Positions 1 to 14,000 of a stretch of 64,000 bases of DNA are shown here, one piece after another. A program made the position numbers and the translations under genes. The notes under the pieces were generated by a model, which was not told the DNA's origin, made no database searches, and worked only from the letters and a program-made list of their open reading frames with translations. Each line of letters starts with the position of its first letter. The stretch's first letter is position 1. This DNA comes from Selaginella moellendorffii (Eukaryota; Plantae; Lycopodiophyta), in NCBI RefSeq assembly GCF_000143415.4, contig NW_003314280.1, forward strand, positions 1,488,894 through 1,552,893, read 5' to 3'.

Positions 1-159
1 ATTATGAAATTATTACAAAACTATTCAAAATTTACAAAAACTATACACTAAATTAGATGATGTAATTTTTTTCTATATAGTTTTCTCATATTGGAAGTCT
101 TATTTCTCTCACTTAATATTTTCATAAAGTTAAATTTTGAAAAACCACATAATATAGCT

Positions 160-480
160 TGTTGTATGAGGAGCTCTAGGGTGCATAACTTCCAAAAGTT
201 CCTCCAATGATTGCCATAGGTGGCCAAGACCATCTTAGCTCCACACCCAAAGTTCTTACTAGCAATTGTCCTAGGTCTAGAAGAGAAGATACAATCTTGT
301 ATCTTGAGGAGTTCCTTGGTAGTGTCACTTGTGGAAATGATGAATGTTCTAGAGTTTGAGGAGCATGAGGTTGTCATACCTCTAAGAGAGCTTTGAGCTT
401 ATTAAGAAGATGGAGATGGCTGAGGGTTTGGAAGTCTTGAGTAGCAATTTGCCACTATTCCCTTGGTTACCACAGAAGAT
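160..480 (-). pseudogene. Cytochrome P450 (CYP71-clan-like) N-terminal remnant
   Basis: Translates to IISTSDTTKELLKIQDCIFSSRP...YGNHWRNFWKLCTLELL, with HLHLL and YDNLMLLKL* in neighbouring frames. Frameshifts and stops are present, and homology ends in AT-rich DNA. Confidence 0.7.
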
Positions 481-929
481 GAGAGCAATGCAAAATGTGA
501 AAATAATCTAAATAACTCTATTGATTTCTTCTTACGATTATATATGAAATTTAAGAAAATAAAAAGTCTATGAACCATTAGTCACTGATGTCTGATAGAA
601 TTTTAATTAAATTTTGTTAGAGATAGTAAACATGGATTGTTAACCTATTTTAGTCAAACCTGTTATATTACTAATATATATGAGTCGACCCATTGAAATG
701 ATTATATGCACTTAAATCCTTTATGAGCATCAACTCTTTTAACAAAGTCTAACATAATTTTTACATATCACTGGTTTAATATATAACATAGTATAAAACT
801 TGGGTTTAGACCCAAGCTATATGCAAAACAAAGAATAACACGATGGAAACTAAATTAATATTTCAAGTGATTAGCGACACTTCCAACCATTATCCCTCCT
901 ATATATTGCCTTTCCCCTCCAACACTCCT

Positions 930-1950
930 CACCCAACATATGATTACTGCCAGTAGGCAATTGCCACCCTGGGATGTCATAGAGATTGACATTACTGTAC
1001 TTGGCAGCAGCCTGATTGACTCTATGCTCTTTGTGCATTTAGTCGGCAAAGCTCATCCATTTGTAGCTCTCCCCAAGAATTTGATAAGTTTTGTCAGAGA
1101 TGAGGCCAAAGTTGCCTTTGAGTTGAGGAGAATGTCGAGGATTGGATTGCCAATCTGGGAGTTAAATGATAAAAGACTTTGATTTTGGTGTGTTGGTATC
1201 CAACTTACAGCTATTCCTTTGAGATTGAACGTGGAAGCTTTTTGTTTGTTGTGGTCGAGGAGATGAGCTGCGAGTTGAGGAACATAGTGTCCTGTTCCAC
1301 GTAAATATATATGAATCTTTGAAGAGTTTTAACAAGATTTTGTACACCTGCGTAGCTTTCACCTGGGGTTGCGTTCTTATACCGGAAATCTTACAAACCA
1401 AGTTTGCAAGAACACAACCAGATCTCTCGCTGGTGTAAAAGATCACAAAGAGGTTTGAAATATAAGAAAACATACATGTCTTCTCGTCATCGTGTTTTTC
1501 TACTTTGTGCGAGTAAGCCCATCCAACTCCAACAGGTGCATCCACGAACAACATATTCGACACTGCCAAGATATCGAAAATAACAAAATCGATCTTTCCA
1601 CTCTCCAATTCTAACCTTGATGCTCGTTTCTAACAAGCCCATCGGATTTGGGACCTGGATGAAAAGGTCCGAGCTCCGTGAAGGCACCAATTCCCACCGA
1701 TGAACACCCGGGACTTGGACTCAAACCAGGGAGGTTTGTTCGCGGGGAAAAGATCTCGTACCTCCATTCAGCCAAATCGTCAGGGGCTTGGTATCGTGAT
1801 TGCTCACAGCCTCCACAAAGTAGTAAAACAGCGCCTTGCTCGAATTCTCGGCATAGTGCTTGAATGGAACCCATGGCTGGCCTGGAAGATTTGGTCCGAG
1901 ATGGGAGCTCCAGCGGCTATCTCAAGCAAAACTAAACTGGAGCCTCGCAT
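930..1950 (-). pseudogene. Degenerate, 3'-truncated serine carboxypeptidase-like duplicate
   Basis: Exon remnants [36 protein letters not shown] and IGNPILD...GLISDKTYQ are collinear with the intact SCPL upstream but carry frameshifts and stops. Confidence 0.8.
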
Positions 1951-2170
1951 CGGGGATCTACAAAGGCATATAAAGGAATTTTATCTTCCCATTGGAAAGG
2001 AAATGTGTAGGCCCGTTCCAATGGCGGGAATCTTCCAGGCAAAACGAGAACAAACTGTGTTATCGTGATCGATTAGTCAACGAGTGGAGGAAAACGGTTA
2101 GGAGATGATACATGGTTCCATTTTTTTTTTATGAAACCACATCAGAAAAAAAGAATTCGCGTAGTCATCG

Positions 2171-4185
<2,015 letters not shown>

Positions 4186-4721
4186 TATCAAAATTGGCCG
4201 ACAGACAACTCTCGACCAAGGAGAGGCTAGAGAGTAAATAAAGGGAAGCGCAGGGAAGCCAAAAGTTGTCATGAACAAGACGTGATCTAAAAGCCCGCGG
4301 TAAAGAACGGCTTTTTTCGTGTGATTTGAGTGGGAGCACAAGATAAACTGCTGGTACGTTGGTACTACTCCACCAAGTTGCACAACAAGAACGCGGTGAA
4401 TCCTTTTCATCTTGTAAACGTGAGTAATCGTTACCTCGCAAAATCCTGGGGAGCGAGAACGAGCACGTAAAACTATTATTGTTTCCTTGCGTTTTAGGCG
4501 ATTGCTTCACGAAGCTTGCTCTTGTTGTAACGCCACAATTGGAAAACGAATAATAAAAGGAAGAAAGGAGCCAGCTTTTTGTGGAAGAATCACACTTTCA
4601 CCAGAAATTCCCCTCCACTTTGCGCGTTACCGATCCCAAGAACCTTTCGAGGCATGGCTTTAGAGAATCAACTTAGCATATAGCTCAAAACAGCGTTACA
4701 AAAACATCCTCCTTTCAGCCT

Positions 4722-5355
<634 letters not shown>

Positions 5356-5545
5356 CGCTCCTCTCTCTCTCTCCTGTCCGGCGCCTCCGCAACAGAAACC
5401 CTAGAAACACCCTAAGTAGCCCCAGCCGTCGAAATTTTACACGGACGATCAGGATCGGCCCTATATTGTCCCGAACGAACGATTGAGATCAAGGGTTTTC
5501 TAGGAATTAGGGTTCTTCCGCGGCGGCGAGGCGAGGGAAAGAGGA
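5356..5545. promoter_or_regulatory. Bidirectional promoter between RPS15 and RPS25 with telo-box-like motifs
   Basis: Only 190 bp separate the divergent ATGs; AAACCCTAG near 5396 and TTAGGGTT near 5507. Confidence 0.7.
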
Positions 5546-5995
5546 ATGGCGCCCAAGAAGGAGAAGGCCGCGCCCGCTGCGAAGCCCGCCAAGAGCGGCG
5601 GCGGTGGCAAGCAAAAGAAGAAGGTAAGCGCCCCCTGCGATCGATTCGATTGATTTCCAGAGTCTCTTTTTTCTCGGCATTCTAGAAATGGAGCAAGGGG
5701 AAGCAAAAGGAGAAGGTCAACAACATGGTCCTCTTCGATCAGGCGACCTTCGATAAGCTCATGGCGGAGGTTCCCAAGTACAAGCTCATCACTCCATCGG
5801 TGCTCTCGGATCGATTGAGGGTGGGTTCTAGAAAATGTTCCAATTCTTTTCTTACTCCCAACTCGGTGTTTGTTCTGCCAGATAACTGGATCTCTTGCTC
5901 GTCGCGCGATCAAGGAGCTCACTGCCAAGGGCGTGATTCGCTCCGTCTCAGTTCACGCCTCGCAGCAGATCTACACGAGAGCGACTAACACTTGA
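5546..5995 (+). CDS. RPS25: 40S ribosomal protein S25 (eS25), 3 exons
   Basis: [40 protein letters not shown]...[10 protein letters not shown]. Confidence 0.97.
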
Positions 5996-6438
5996 GCGCT
6001 CCGTTGTTTTTGATAAGGAAGAGCTCATCGTGTACTCCATTTTCTTTCTTGATCAAAGCTAAGTTTTTTTGCGAGATAGATACCATGGTTGGTCAATGTT
6101 AGTCAATGGAGGTCAACGTTCTTTGACATTATTGACTAGCTTTATGACGCTAAAGCTGCTGTCGTGCCATTTCTTAACCTTGTTACAGTAATGCGTATCA
6201 AAATTTTCCTTCGAGCCTCTTCACTTTTGACACTACCTTCTCTACAAGCTAAAGCGTTCTAAAGCACACCAAGCTCTCGACACAAACACTTCCTCTGTGT
6301 CCTCTAGCTCTAGACCTACGTAGAAAAGACACTCACCACCATGGTACGAGAACTCACAGAAACGAAACGAGAGCAAAAAAACACCACAACCTCTCCCTCT
6401 CATTGAGCAGTGACTCCTGCAACAACAAAACGTTTCCA

Positions 6439-7972
6439 TCAGTCCACAAACTCCCGCCTCTCAAAGATCCTAGCAGCTGAGGAAAAAAAAAAGGAAGCAG
6501 CGCGCGAGAGAGGGAGAGAAAAGGCCTACTCTTATCACATCACTCGTAAAAAAAGTCACCTCGTTGTGACTGCCTGCTCGCGGCACCATAGCCTCCGTAT
6601 GATCCATTCGCACCGCCCTCCGGAGCCGGGGACGACGAAGCCGCCCCCATCCCATACCCCCCGCCGGGCGTCCCACCGGGAGCAGCGTTTCCATACGCAT
6701 CGGCCCTCCAAGTGTTCTCCGGGTAGCCACCATACCCGTCACCATAGCCGCCTGCGTTCCCAGAGGCCGGAGCGTATCCACCACCACCGCCGGCATTGTT
6801 GTAGCCACCACCACCACCGCTACTTCGTCCGCCACCGCCGTAGCTCCCGGCGGCACTGGGAGGGCCACCGTAGCTTCCAGCAGCGGCACCGCCCGGAGGA
6901 TAGCCACCTTCGCCACCTCCATACCCATAGCCACCGTAGCTCCCACTCCCTGTCGAGCCCTGTGCCCCTCCAGCATTCCCCCAGCTCGTAGCACCGTAGC
7001 CGCTCATGTTACCGCCGTTGCCACCATAGCCAGGAGAGTTTCCTCCATAGCTCGGAGCCGCGGCCCAGCCAGCGTTCCTCCCAGGGCCGTAAGATCCTGC
7101 TCCAGAGCCTGCAGCGTAGCCCGTTCCCGCTCCATATGCTGCTGCTCCAGGAGTGGCCCCGTAAGGAGCACCGCCACCGTAGCCAGCGTAGCCATATCCA
7201 TACCCGGCAGCTCCATACCCAGCAGCAGCGTAGGACGGGTACGCGCCCCTTGCTGGTCCGTAGGCGTAAGGCGCCGCAAATCCCTGTCCGTAGCCAAAGG
7301 GACCTCGGGGTCCGGCGTATCCAGCAGTCGGGCTCCGAGCAGCGGCCGAGGCATCCTTTGGAACCGCTCGCTTCACTTCCACCATCTTGTCCTTGAGCTC
7401 GTGGAACGTCTTCTGGAGGACACTGTCCACAGCCTCTTCGGAGTCGAAGGTGATGAAGCCGAAGCCCCGGGGCCTTTGCGTTGCATGGTCGTACATGACC
7501 ACGATATCGGTGATGTTGCCAAACTGCTCGAAGTACTGCTTGAACTCCTCCTCTGAGACGTTCGGTGCTAGCCCCCCTACAAAAATCTTCTTGGTCCTAG
7601 TCGTGCTACTAGCGGGCGAAGTGGCTCCTCCCGGGCCACCCGGCTTGACGGCATTTTGGTGCTCGTCCCTAGGCACTGCTTTTTTGGCCTCCACCTAAAG
7701 AAGAAGACACACTAAGCTACATTGTCTAGGCAGCGGTGAGAGGAGCTTACCAGTTTCCCATTGATGCTGTGCTTGTCTTGTACAACTCGGTCAGCAACGT
7801 CGGGATCCGCAAACACGACGAAGCCAAAGCCGCGGCCACGCCCCGTCGTCCTGTCTTTCATGATCATCGCCTCCACCACATCGCCATAGCTCTGGAAGTA
7901 CTCCTTGAGCTTCTCGTCTGTGGTCTCCCAAGACACGCCGCCAACGAAGATCTTTCCCTGATCGGAATCCAT
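6439..7972 (-). CDS. hnRNP A/B- or Musashi-like RNA-binding protein (2 RRMs plus Gly/Tyr-rich tail)
   Basis: RRM1 KIFVGG...RGFGFVVF, RRM2 KIFVGGL...RGFGFITF. The last exon is uncertain: stop at 6540 if unspliced, about 6439 if spliced at 6560. Confidence 0.9.
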
Positions 7973-8316
7973 CCCCCTCCTCCTCCTGTCCGCCGCTGCC
8001 GCGCCGCCGCTGCTGCTACCCGAAGCTTGGCAATCGGAAATACCCTAAGCTACTTCCTCCCGCGAAGCTCCCAGAACCCAGCAGTGACAGCAGTACCTGG
8101 CGGCGATCGCGCGCACCATAGGAGAAGCGCTACCGCTGCTGCTGAGATCGATCGCGGGGTCGGCCGGCGAGAGCGAGAGCGAGGGCGATGGCGCTGATCG
8201 GAGGAGATCCCATGCGACTAGTAAACCCTAGCCCTAATCCGTATAAACGGGGGATTTTGGCCCGCCCGTACTTCTTGGGCATATTCCCCCAGTCAAACCC
8301 GGGTCCGTACCGTCAA

Positions 8317-8437
8317 TCTAACGGCCATATCAAACGGCTACAAAGCACGAGGGCCAGGCTCGGAGGCCGAGCCTTGTCCCGAGCCTGGCCAGTCACGGGG
8401 TTACTAGTCTAACGGCTACACGCACCGCGCTATATAA
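8317..8437 (+). promoter_or_regulatory. Cluster of MSA-like elements (YCYAACGGYY) and TATA box upstream of the phytocyanin gene
   Basis: TCTAACGGCC 8317-8326, TCAAACGGCT 8330-8339, TCTAACGGCT 8408-8417, TATATAA 8431-8437. Confidence 0.6.
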
Positions 8438-8575
8438 CTAGACGCTCCACGCGAGCTTGTAAGGTTCTCATAGAGCTGTGATTCTAGCGCAGTGAATTTG
8501 CCCTCTTTCCAGAGATTGGATCTTGCTCTCTTTTCCAGAGATTGGATCGATCGACTTCCCCTAGTGTGCGAAGGA

Positions 8576-9538
8576 ATGGCAAGGGTAGGGAAGATGATCC
8601 TTGCCGCGGCGATGGCTGTGCTGTGCTGCTGCTCGGTCGCGTCGGCGACGAGGTACATTGTCGGCGATGAGGTGGGATGGAGTGATCCCAGCATGAGCAA
8701 TGTGAGCTACGCGGATTGGGCGCTCAAGCATCGCTTCCACGTCGGGGATTCGCTGGGTATGGATCTCTTGTCTTGCTGCCCTAACCCTCCCCGTCACTCT
8801 TCCTCGGCATTCCTCTTCCTTGCGGCACTCTGCGGCCTGCTTCTCAAAATCTTTCCATCGCTGCTCGCCGCGGCGCTTGCTAAAGCGTGAGATTGATTGG
8901 ATTTTGGATGGATTGGAACAAGGATTGTGCTCGATAGGGTGATTGTCGCTTGAAATATCATTTGGATGTCCTTGATCGCGAGCTCTAGCATCTTGTTTGC
9001 GTGGTGTGATGATCATCTTGCATGGCTTGTAGCGATTGAATGGCTGCTTCGCTTGTGTGCTCGAAATGGGGCTTGGATTTCTACAACCGCGAGCTCTAAC
9101 ACACTGTTTCTTGCAGTGTTCAAGTACCCATCCGATGCTCACACGGTACTCAAGGTGAATCGCCAGGATTTCGAGGCGTGCCACAACTCCAATCCCATGG
9201 CGAGCTACAAGGACGGCGAGAGCATCGTCCATCTCTCCTCCGCGGGGCCTCACTGGTTCATCTGCGGGGAGACGAGCCACTGCAACCAGGGCCAGAAGTT
9301 CGGGATCATGGTGGTGGAGCGCCGCGGGCGCCACAGCCGGGCTCCATCGCCATCGCCGGCGCCGGCTCCATCCGCTGGCGGGGAGGTGATGCCGGCGCCA
9401 GTGGGAGCGTCGGACGAGATCTCGCCCGCTTCTTCGCCCGGAGGAGCGCCAGCAATCGCTCCAGCCGCCGGTGGCGCCACCATGACTCGTGTCTTCGCGG
9501 GCTCTTCGCTGCTCGTGATTGTCGCGGCCCTGATATGA
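8576..9538 (+). CDS. Phytocyanin, stellacyanin type, with AGP-like linker and probable GPI signal
   Basis: Exons 8576-8756 and 9117-9538; signal peptide, YIVGDEVGW, FHVGDSLVFKY, ligand set H...C-x4-H-x4-Q (HTV...CGETSHCNQGQK), AP/SP repeats, hydrophobic C-terminus. Confidence 0.92.
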
Positions 9539-10113
9539 TCTGATCGATCGATCGTTCGACTGGAAGGAAGAAGGAAGGGATGGTGGAAGAAGAGTTTTTT
9601 TACTACTGGCGGTGTAAATACCACGATCGACAAGGAGGGGGAGAGCGAAGCGAGCATTGGATTGATTGATTCATATTCACATTTGATAGTATGCCTTAGA
9701 TTTCTTATGTCCTTTTTGGTTTAAGTCAATGAGTAAAATCTGCTTTAGTCCTTTAACCCTTAACTTTATTTATTTTTTAAACCCGTAAACTTATTCTCAA
9801 ACCCTTTCTGGAGTTTCATGCTGCGAACATAGACTTCGCTGCGACATCTTCGAAGATCTGGCGAAGAAAAGTGTGTTCCATCCAGGCAGCCTTGATGCTG
9901 CTTCTCTTGAGGATTTCATTGCAAGATCCTGCAAGAACAGAAGGAAGCGTTACCCCTAGCATTTCAAGAGAAGAGAAAATCCATTATCTACCATATTGCT
10001 TTGAAGATTCTATCCAACATATGAAGCATATTCTTAATTATAAGTTGAGCTTTATTTAATTATTATGCATTTTACTTAGCTGAGACAAAAAGAAATTTTC
10101 AGAGGACACAAAT

Positions 10114-11143
10114 TTACTCTTTACTGTAGGTTGGTGATGGTGGCGGTGGAGATTGGTACCAGTAGAGTGGTGGCGATGGTGGAGGTGGGGATTTGCGGTG
10201 GTGGTGATGTGGTGGCGGGGATTTTTCGCATGGTGGTGGGGATTTGTACTCATATGGTGGTGGTGGTGGCGACTCATATTTATACGGTGGCGATGGAGGT
10301 GGAGACTGGGGTGGTGGTGGAGATGTATACTTGTATGGAGCTGGCAATGGTGTACATCTCTCACATTTTGGTGGTGGTGGTGGTGGCGACTCATATTTAT
10401 ACGGTGGCAATGGAGGTGGAGACAGGGGTGGTGGTGGAGATGTATACTTGTGTGGAGCTGGCGATGGTGTACATTTATACGGTGGCGATGGAGGTGGAGA
10501 CTGGGGTGGTGGTGGAGATGTATACTTGTATGAAGCTGGCGATGGTGTACATTTCTCACATTTTGGTGGGGGTGGCGGTGGGGATTTCTCACATTTTGGC
10601 AGTGGTGGTGGTGGAGACTTCTCACATTTCGGTGGTAGTGGTGGTGGCGGAGACTTGGGTGGCGGTGGAGACTTCTCGCATTTCGGTGGTGGTGGTGGCG
10701 GCGGAGACTTGGGTGGCTGGGGAGGTGGGTGGTGGCGGGGATTTTTCGCATGGTGGTGGGGATTTGTACTCATATGGTGGTGGTGGTGGAGACTTGTAAT
10801 GGTAAGGAGGTGGTGGCGATTCAACTGGCGGTGGTGGAGATTTGTGATGGTGTGGTGGCGACTCAACCGGCGGTGGTGGTGATTCAACCGGTGGTGGTGG
10901 GGATTTGTAACAATAAGGAGGTGCATTAGGAGGGCACAAACGATTTGGAAACCACCAGGGCCTTCTCAGCCATGGCCTCCAACAGAAGAAATCGACCGTG
11001 CTCTTGGGAATTCTAAAGCCAAAGTTCTTGGCATCTCCAAAAGCCCCTGCATTTCGATCCAAAACCTCCTGAGATCCATCACAACTGACAGTAGAAACCA
11101 GGAGAAGCAGCAAAAGCATGCTGCATGACTTGAGGAAAATCAT
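10114..11143 (-). pseudogene. Extensin (Ser-Pro4 HRGP) copy 1, frameshifted near 10730
   Basis: Signal peptide, SPPPP, YKY/YEY and KCEK motifs. The N-terminal and C-terminal halves lie in different frames (one extra base in ccaccacccacctcc). A sequencing error cannot be excluded. Confidence 0.8.
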
Positions 11144-11299
11144 CACGTTCTCGATAGAGAACCAAGATCACTGGAAAGAGAGACCTTTTCTGTGATGCTA
11201 CAAAAATTTCCAGGTTATAAAGCCTAGCACCTTGTCTTGGAACCAACTGCTTTCAAAATAGTAATGCTTTAGAAATTGATGGCTCTGGGCTAACTAACC

Positions 11300-12050
11300 A
11301 GTGTTTAATGTTTAGCAAAAGATTTGCAACGCGCGCCCATTTTCTCATTTGATTAGCAAGGGCTCCCTGGTGGACATCTTGAGCAGAGTAGGCGATCGCG
11401 GCAGCTCGTCCAGTGCTCGCTGGTGTGCAAGTGATGGCGGGAGCTGCGCTGGGCTGTCTCTCGCCTCCACTCTGACTTCGAGGTGAGTAGAGGAGCTGAG
11501 GGACGCTGGACAACATTTTCCAGTGAGCATCCGGCTGCGTTCCGAGGATTTGAGCACAGCTTACTTTTACAACTCTTGTGTTGTTGACAAGCGATGCGAC
11601 AATCTTCGTAAGATGGCGCTAATTGGACACTGGAAGCCATTGCCAAGCTCTCTCAGTTCTCACCTCTGGTCCCGATGCTCGCCCTCCACCGTTTTAACAG
11701 CGAACACAAGATGACCTCTTATCTAATTTGTTTGGCAACCTAGAGACTCTCCGGTTTTTTCCTTTTCTTTCTTGCTGATCGATCTGTGTTGCAGTCATTC
11801 GTGCCTGGAGGTGTCAAGGATGTGACTGTTCATCTCTACGTAAGATCCCACACCGCCCAACGTGATGGTTCTCAAGGATTTACTTGGAGTTCGTCAAGTC
11901 GAAGAGATCGTGATTCACTGCAGCCAAGCTGTGGCGAACTGGGGACTGCTGGCGCTGAAGCCAGGCTACGAATGCTTCTGGGTGCTGTTCGACTTGCTCG
12001 TCGCATTTCTTTCGCACGAGAGAAACGGCATCACTGGCTCTATTAGTGGC
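11300..12050 (+). pseudogene. Degenerate F-box/LRR-like gene fragment (module X1); copy at about 23550-24170
   Basis: FYNSCVVDKRCDNLRKMALIGHWK and an intron acceptor (ttgcag|tcattc) are shared with the minus-strand paralog carrying LLASCPNLEVL. The family call is tentative. Confidence 0.4.
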
Positions 12051-12118
12051 GATGCGTGACCTTTGTCAAGTTTTTATTGAACATCAACGTCATGACTAGC
12101 CTGGTATATTTGTAACAC

Positions 12119-12478
12119 CTCGAGCCGCCGTTGATGCTGTAGGTGACAACGCGCTCATGTCGCCATGAAGCGCCGGGCCTGCTCGAGATCGCACAAGCCA
12201 TCGATCAGAGCTGGTTGTAAGTCGCCACGTCGGGGGATGGAGCAATCCCAGCATGGGCAATGTGAGCTACGCGGATTGGGCGCTCGCTTCCACGTCAGGG
12301 ATTCTTCTCTTCCATCGCTCTTCCTCTTTCCTCGCCATTCGTCCTCCTTGCGGCGCTCTGCGGCCTGCTTGTCGAAGTCTTTCCATTGCTGCGATGGAAA
12401 TGCGAGCAGTGTGTGAGATTGGATGGATTGGAACAAGGGATTTGCTCGATCGAGTTTGAAATATCACTCGGATGACAA
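12119..12478. pseudogene. Chimeric fragment: degenerate P-class PPR piece joined to phytocyanin exon 1/intron piece (also 24241-29240 split by Copia, and 34763-35132)
   Basis: 12119-12235 resembles 43080-43207; 12235-12478 resembles 8675-8970. Confidence 0.8.
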
Positions 12479-13599
12479 TCAATGTTTAATTTCCCAAGGT
12501 ATAATGGGAATTTGAATTCTCAGCGTTGGAATTTTTAGGAGCGTTGGATTTGGAGCATCGCTCCACTTTGCCGCAAGAGAATTTGCAAAGCTATAAGAGG
12601 TACGTTAGCTTGCTGTCGTTTGCTTCCCTCAAGATCAGACCCCGAGCAGGGATTAGAAGAACGAGATGGGAAGAGGGGATTAGAGGAACGAGAAGAACAG
12701 GGACTGGGCCTGGAGCAACGGGTAGAACACGTTGAAGGCCTGTTGCAACAAGAAGAAGAACAGGTTGAAGGCCTGTTGCAACAAGAAGAAGAACAGGTTG
12801 AAGGCCTCGAGGGCGATCAAGGGCTGGAAGCAAAAGGACTGGAATCTGATGGAGCAGAAAAACAACGAGAAGAAGAACAGGTTCAAGACCTCAAGGGCAA
12901 TCAAGGGCTGGAAGCTGATGGAGCAGAGGTTCATGGCACAGGAGGGTGTGTTGACATTGTCAAAAGATACCGAGTGGAGTATCAATAGATGAAGCAATAC
13001 ACTGGAAGCTAGCAATTGTTGATCTGCTCAGATCTCCAGGAATCACGCAACAATCAGAAATAGCTTGTATATAGAGCATGAAAGACTCATGAATATATAC
13101 TTGTTTTTTATCTTTATGGTATCAGAGTGCAGGTTTATGGCTTGTTATTTTTCCTTTCTTTGTTCCTGTTTCTTGCTCTCGATTGCTGATGGAGCGGTTG
13201 GCGGCTACCATTTGATGGCTCAAGGCGTTTTTGGTACTGGGTTGGGGGTGTGGAATGTGGTCACATCTCCCTAGGGTGCTCATTCTTCAGCCATTGAGTC
13301 CACTCGTAATAGCAATATTGCAATCAGGAGTAGAACTGTCTAGCCATGATCAAATCAAAACTGGCAGAACATCTAGCATATGCAACGAGAGTCTAGTCTG
13401 CTGCAGAATTCTGGGAGTGCCTCCTTGTATGCTCAGGCCAAGTAACTAGTGTTGTCAACTCTTCTGCTGCCACTAAGGATCACGGAGGTGTACAAAATAG
13501 ACTGGACATTATTTCATCTGCCTCATCCATTTCATGAGCATGAGAAGCTCTATCCTATTTCATTTCTGTCTTGTGTTCCTTTGCTACCCAAAAATGGTC

Positions 13600-14000
13600 C
13601 CTCTTTGCAGTATAGACATGGTCAATCCTCTCTAGGATTGCTTTTGCATTCCTCCATAAAGACAAACAGTGTGAGCATAACATGGTACCTCTACATCGCA
13701 GGCAGATGATATGAGTTTGCACTCTCGTTGCTGAATTGGAGCCATGATACCCACAAAACTTTCATGTCCACCTCGCAATGCCATTTACATCCTTCTCACA
13801 AAGTTGCAATGGTGCCAAACTTGCAAATTCATTCAGCTTCCGCTTGAAATCAGCTTTTGTGTACTTGGCATTTCGATGTGGTGCCTTCCTTTTAATCCCA
13901 TGAATGGCCTTCCTTCGGACAGCATTAACCTGTTGTCAAATGCCTTCATCCTTCTCTTCTTCATCATTTTCATCTTCTTCTAGCAAGATATCTTCCATTG
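13600..14000 (-). mobile_element. BED-type zinc-finger remnant, probably from a hAT-like DNA transposase (copies near 30400-30670 and 36250-36530)
   Basis: Acidic stretch followed by ARWT*KFCGYHGSNSATRVQTHII..C; the first Cys codon is TGA. Confidence 0.45.

Noticed and set aside
6410-6994. His-rich plus-strand ORF and alternative-frame ORF over the RRM gene tail
   Set aside because: By-products of Gly/Tyr/Ala low-complexity codons.
8561-9334. 257-aa minus-strand ORF across the phytocyanin gene
   Set aside because: Antisense to a well-supported spliced gene and has no recognisable domain.
10056-10929. Val-, Trp-, Gly- and His-rich ORFs over the extensins
   Set aside because: Alternative-frame and antisense readings of (CCA)n repeats.
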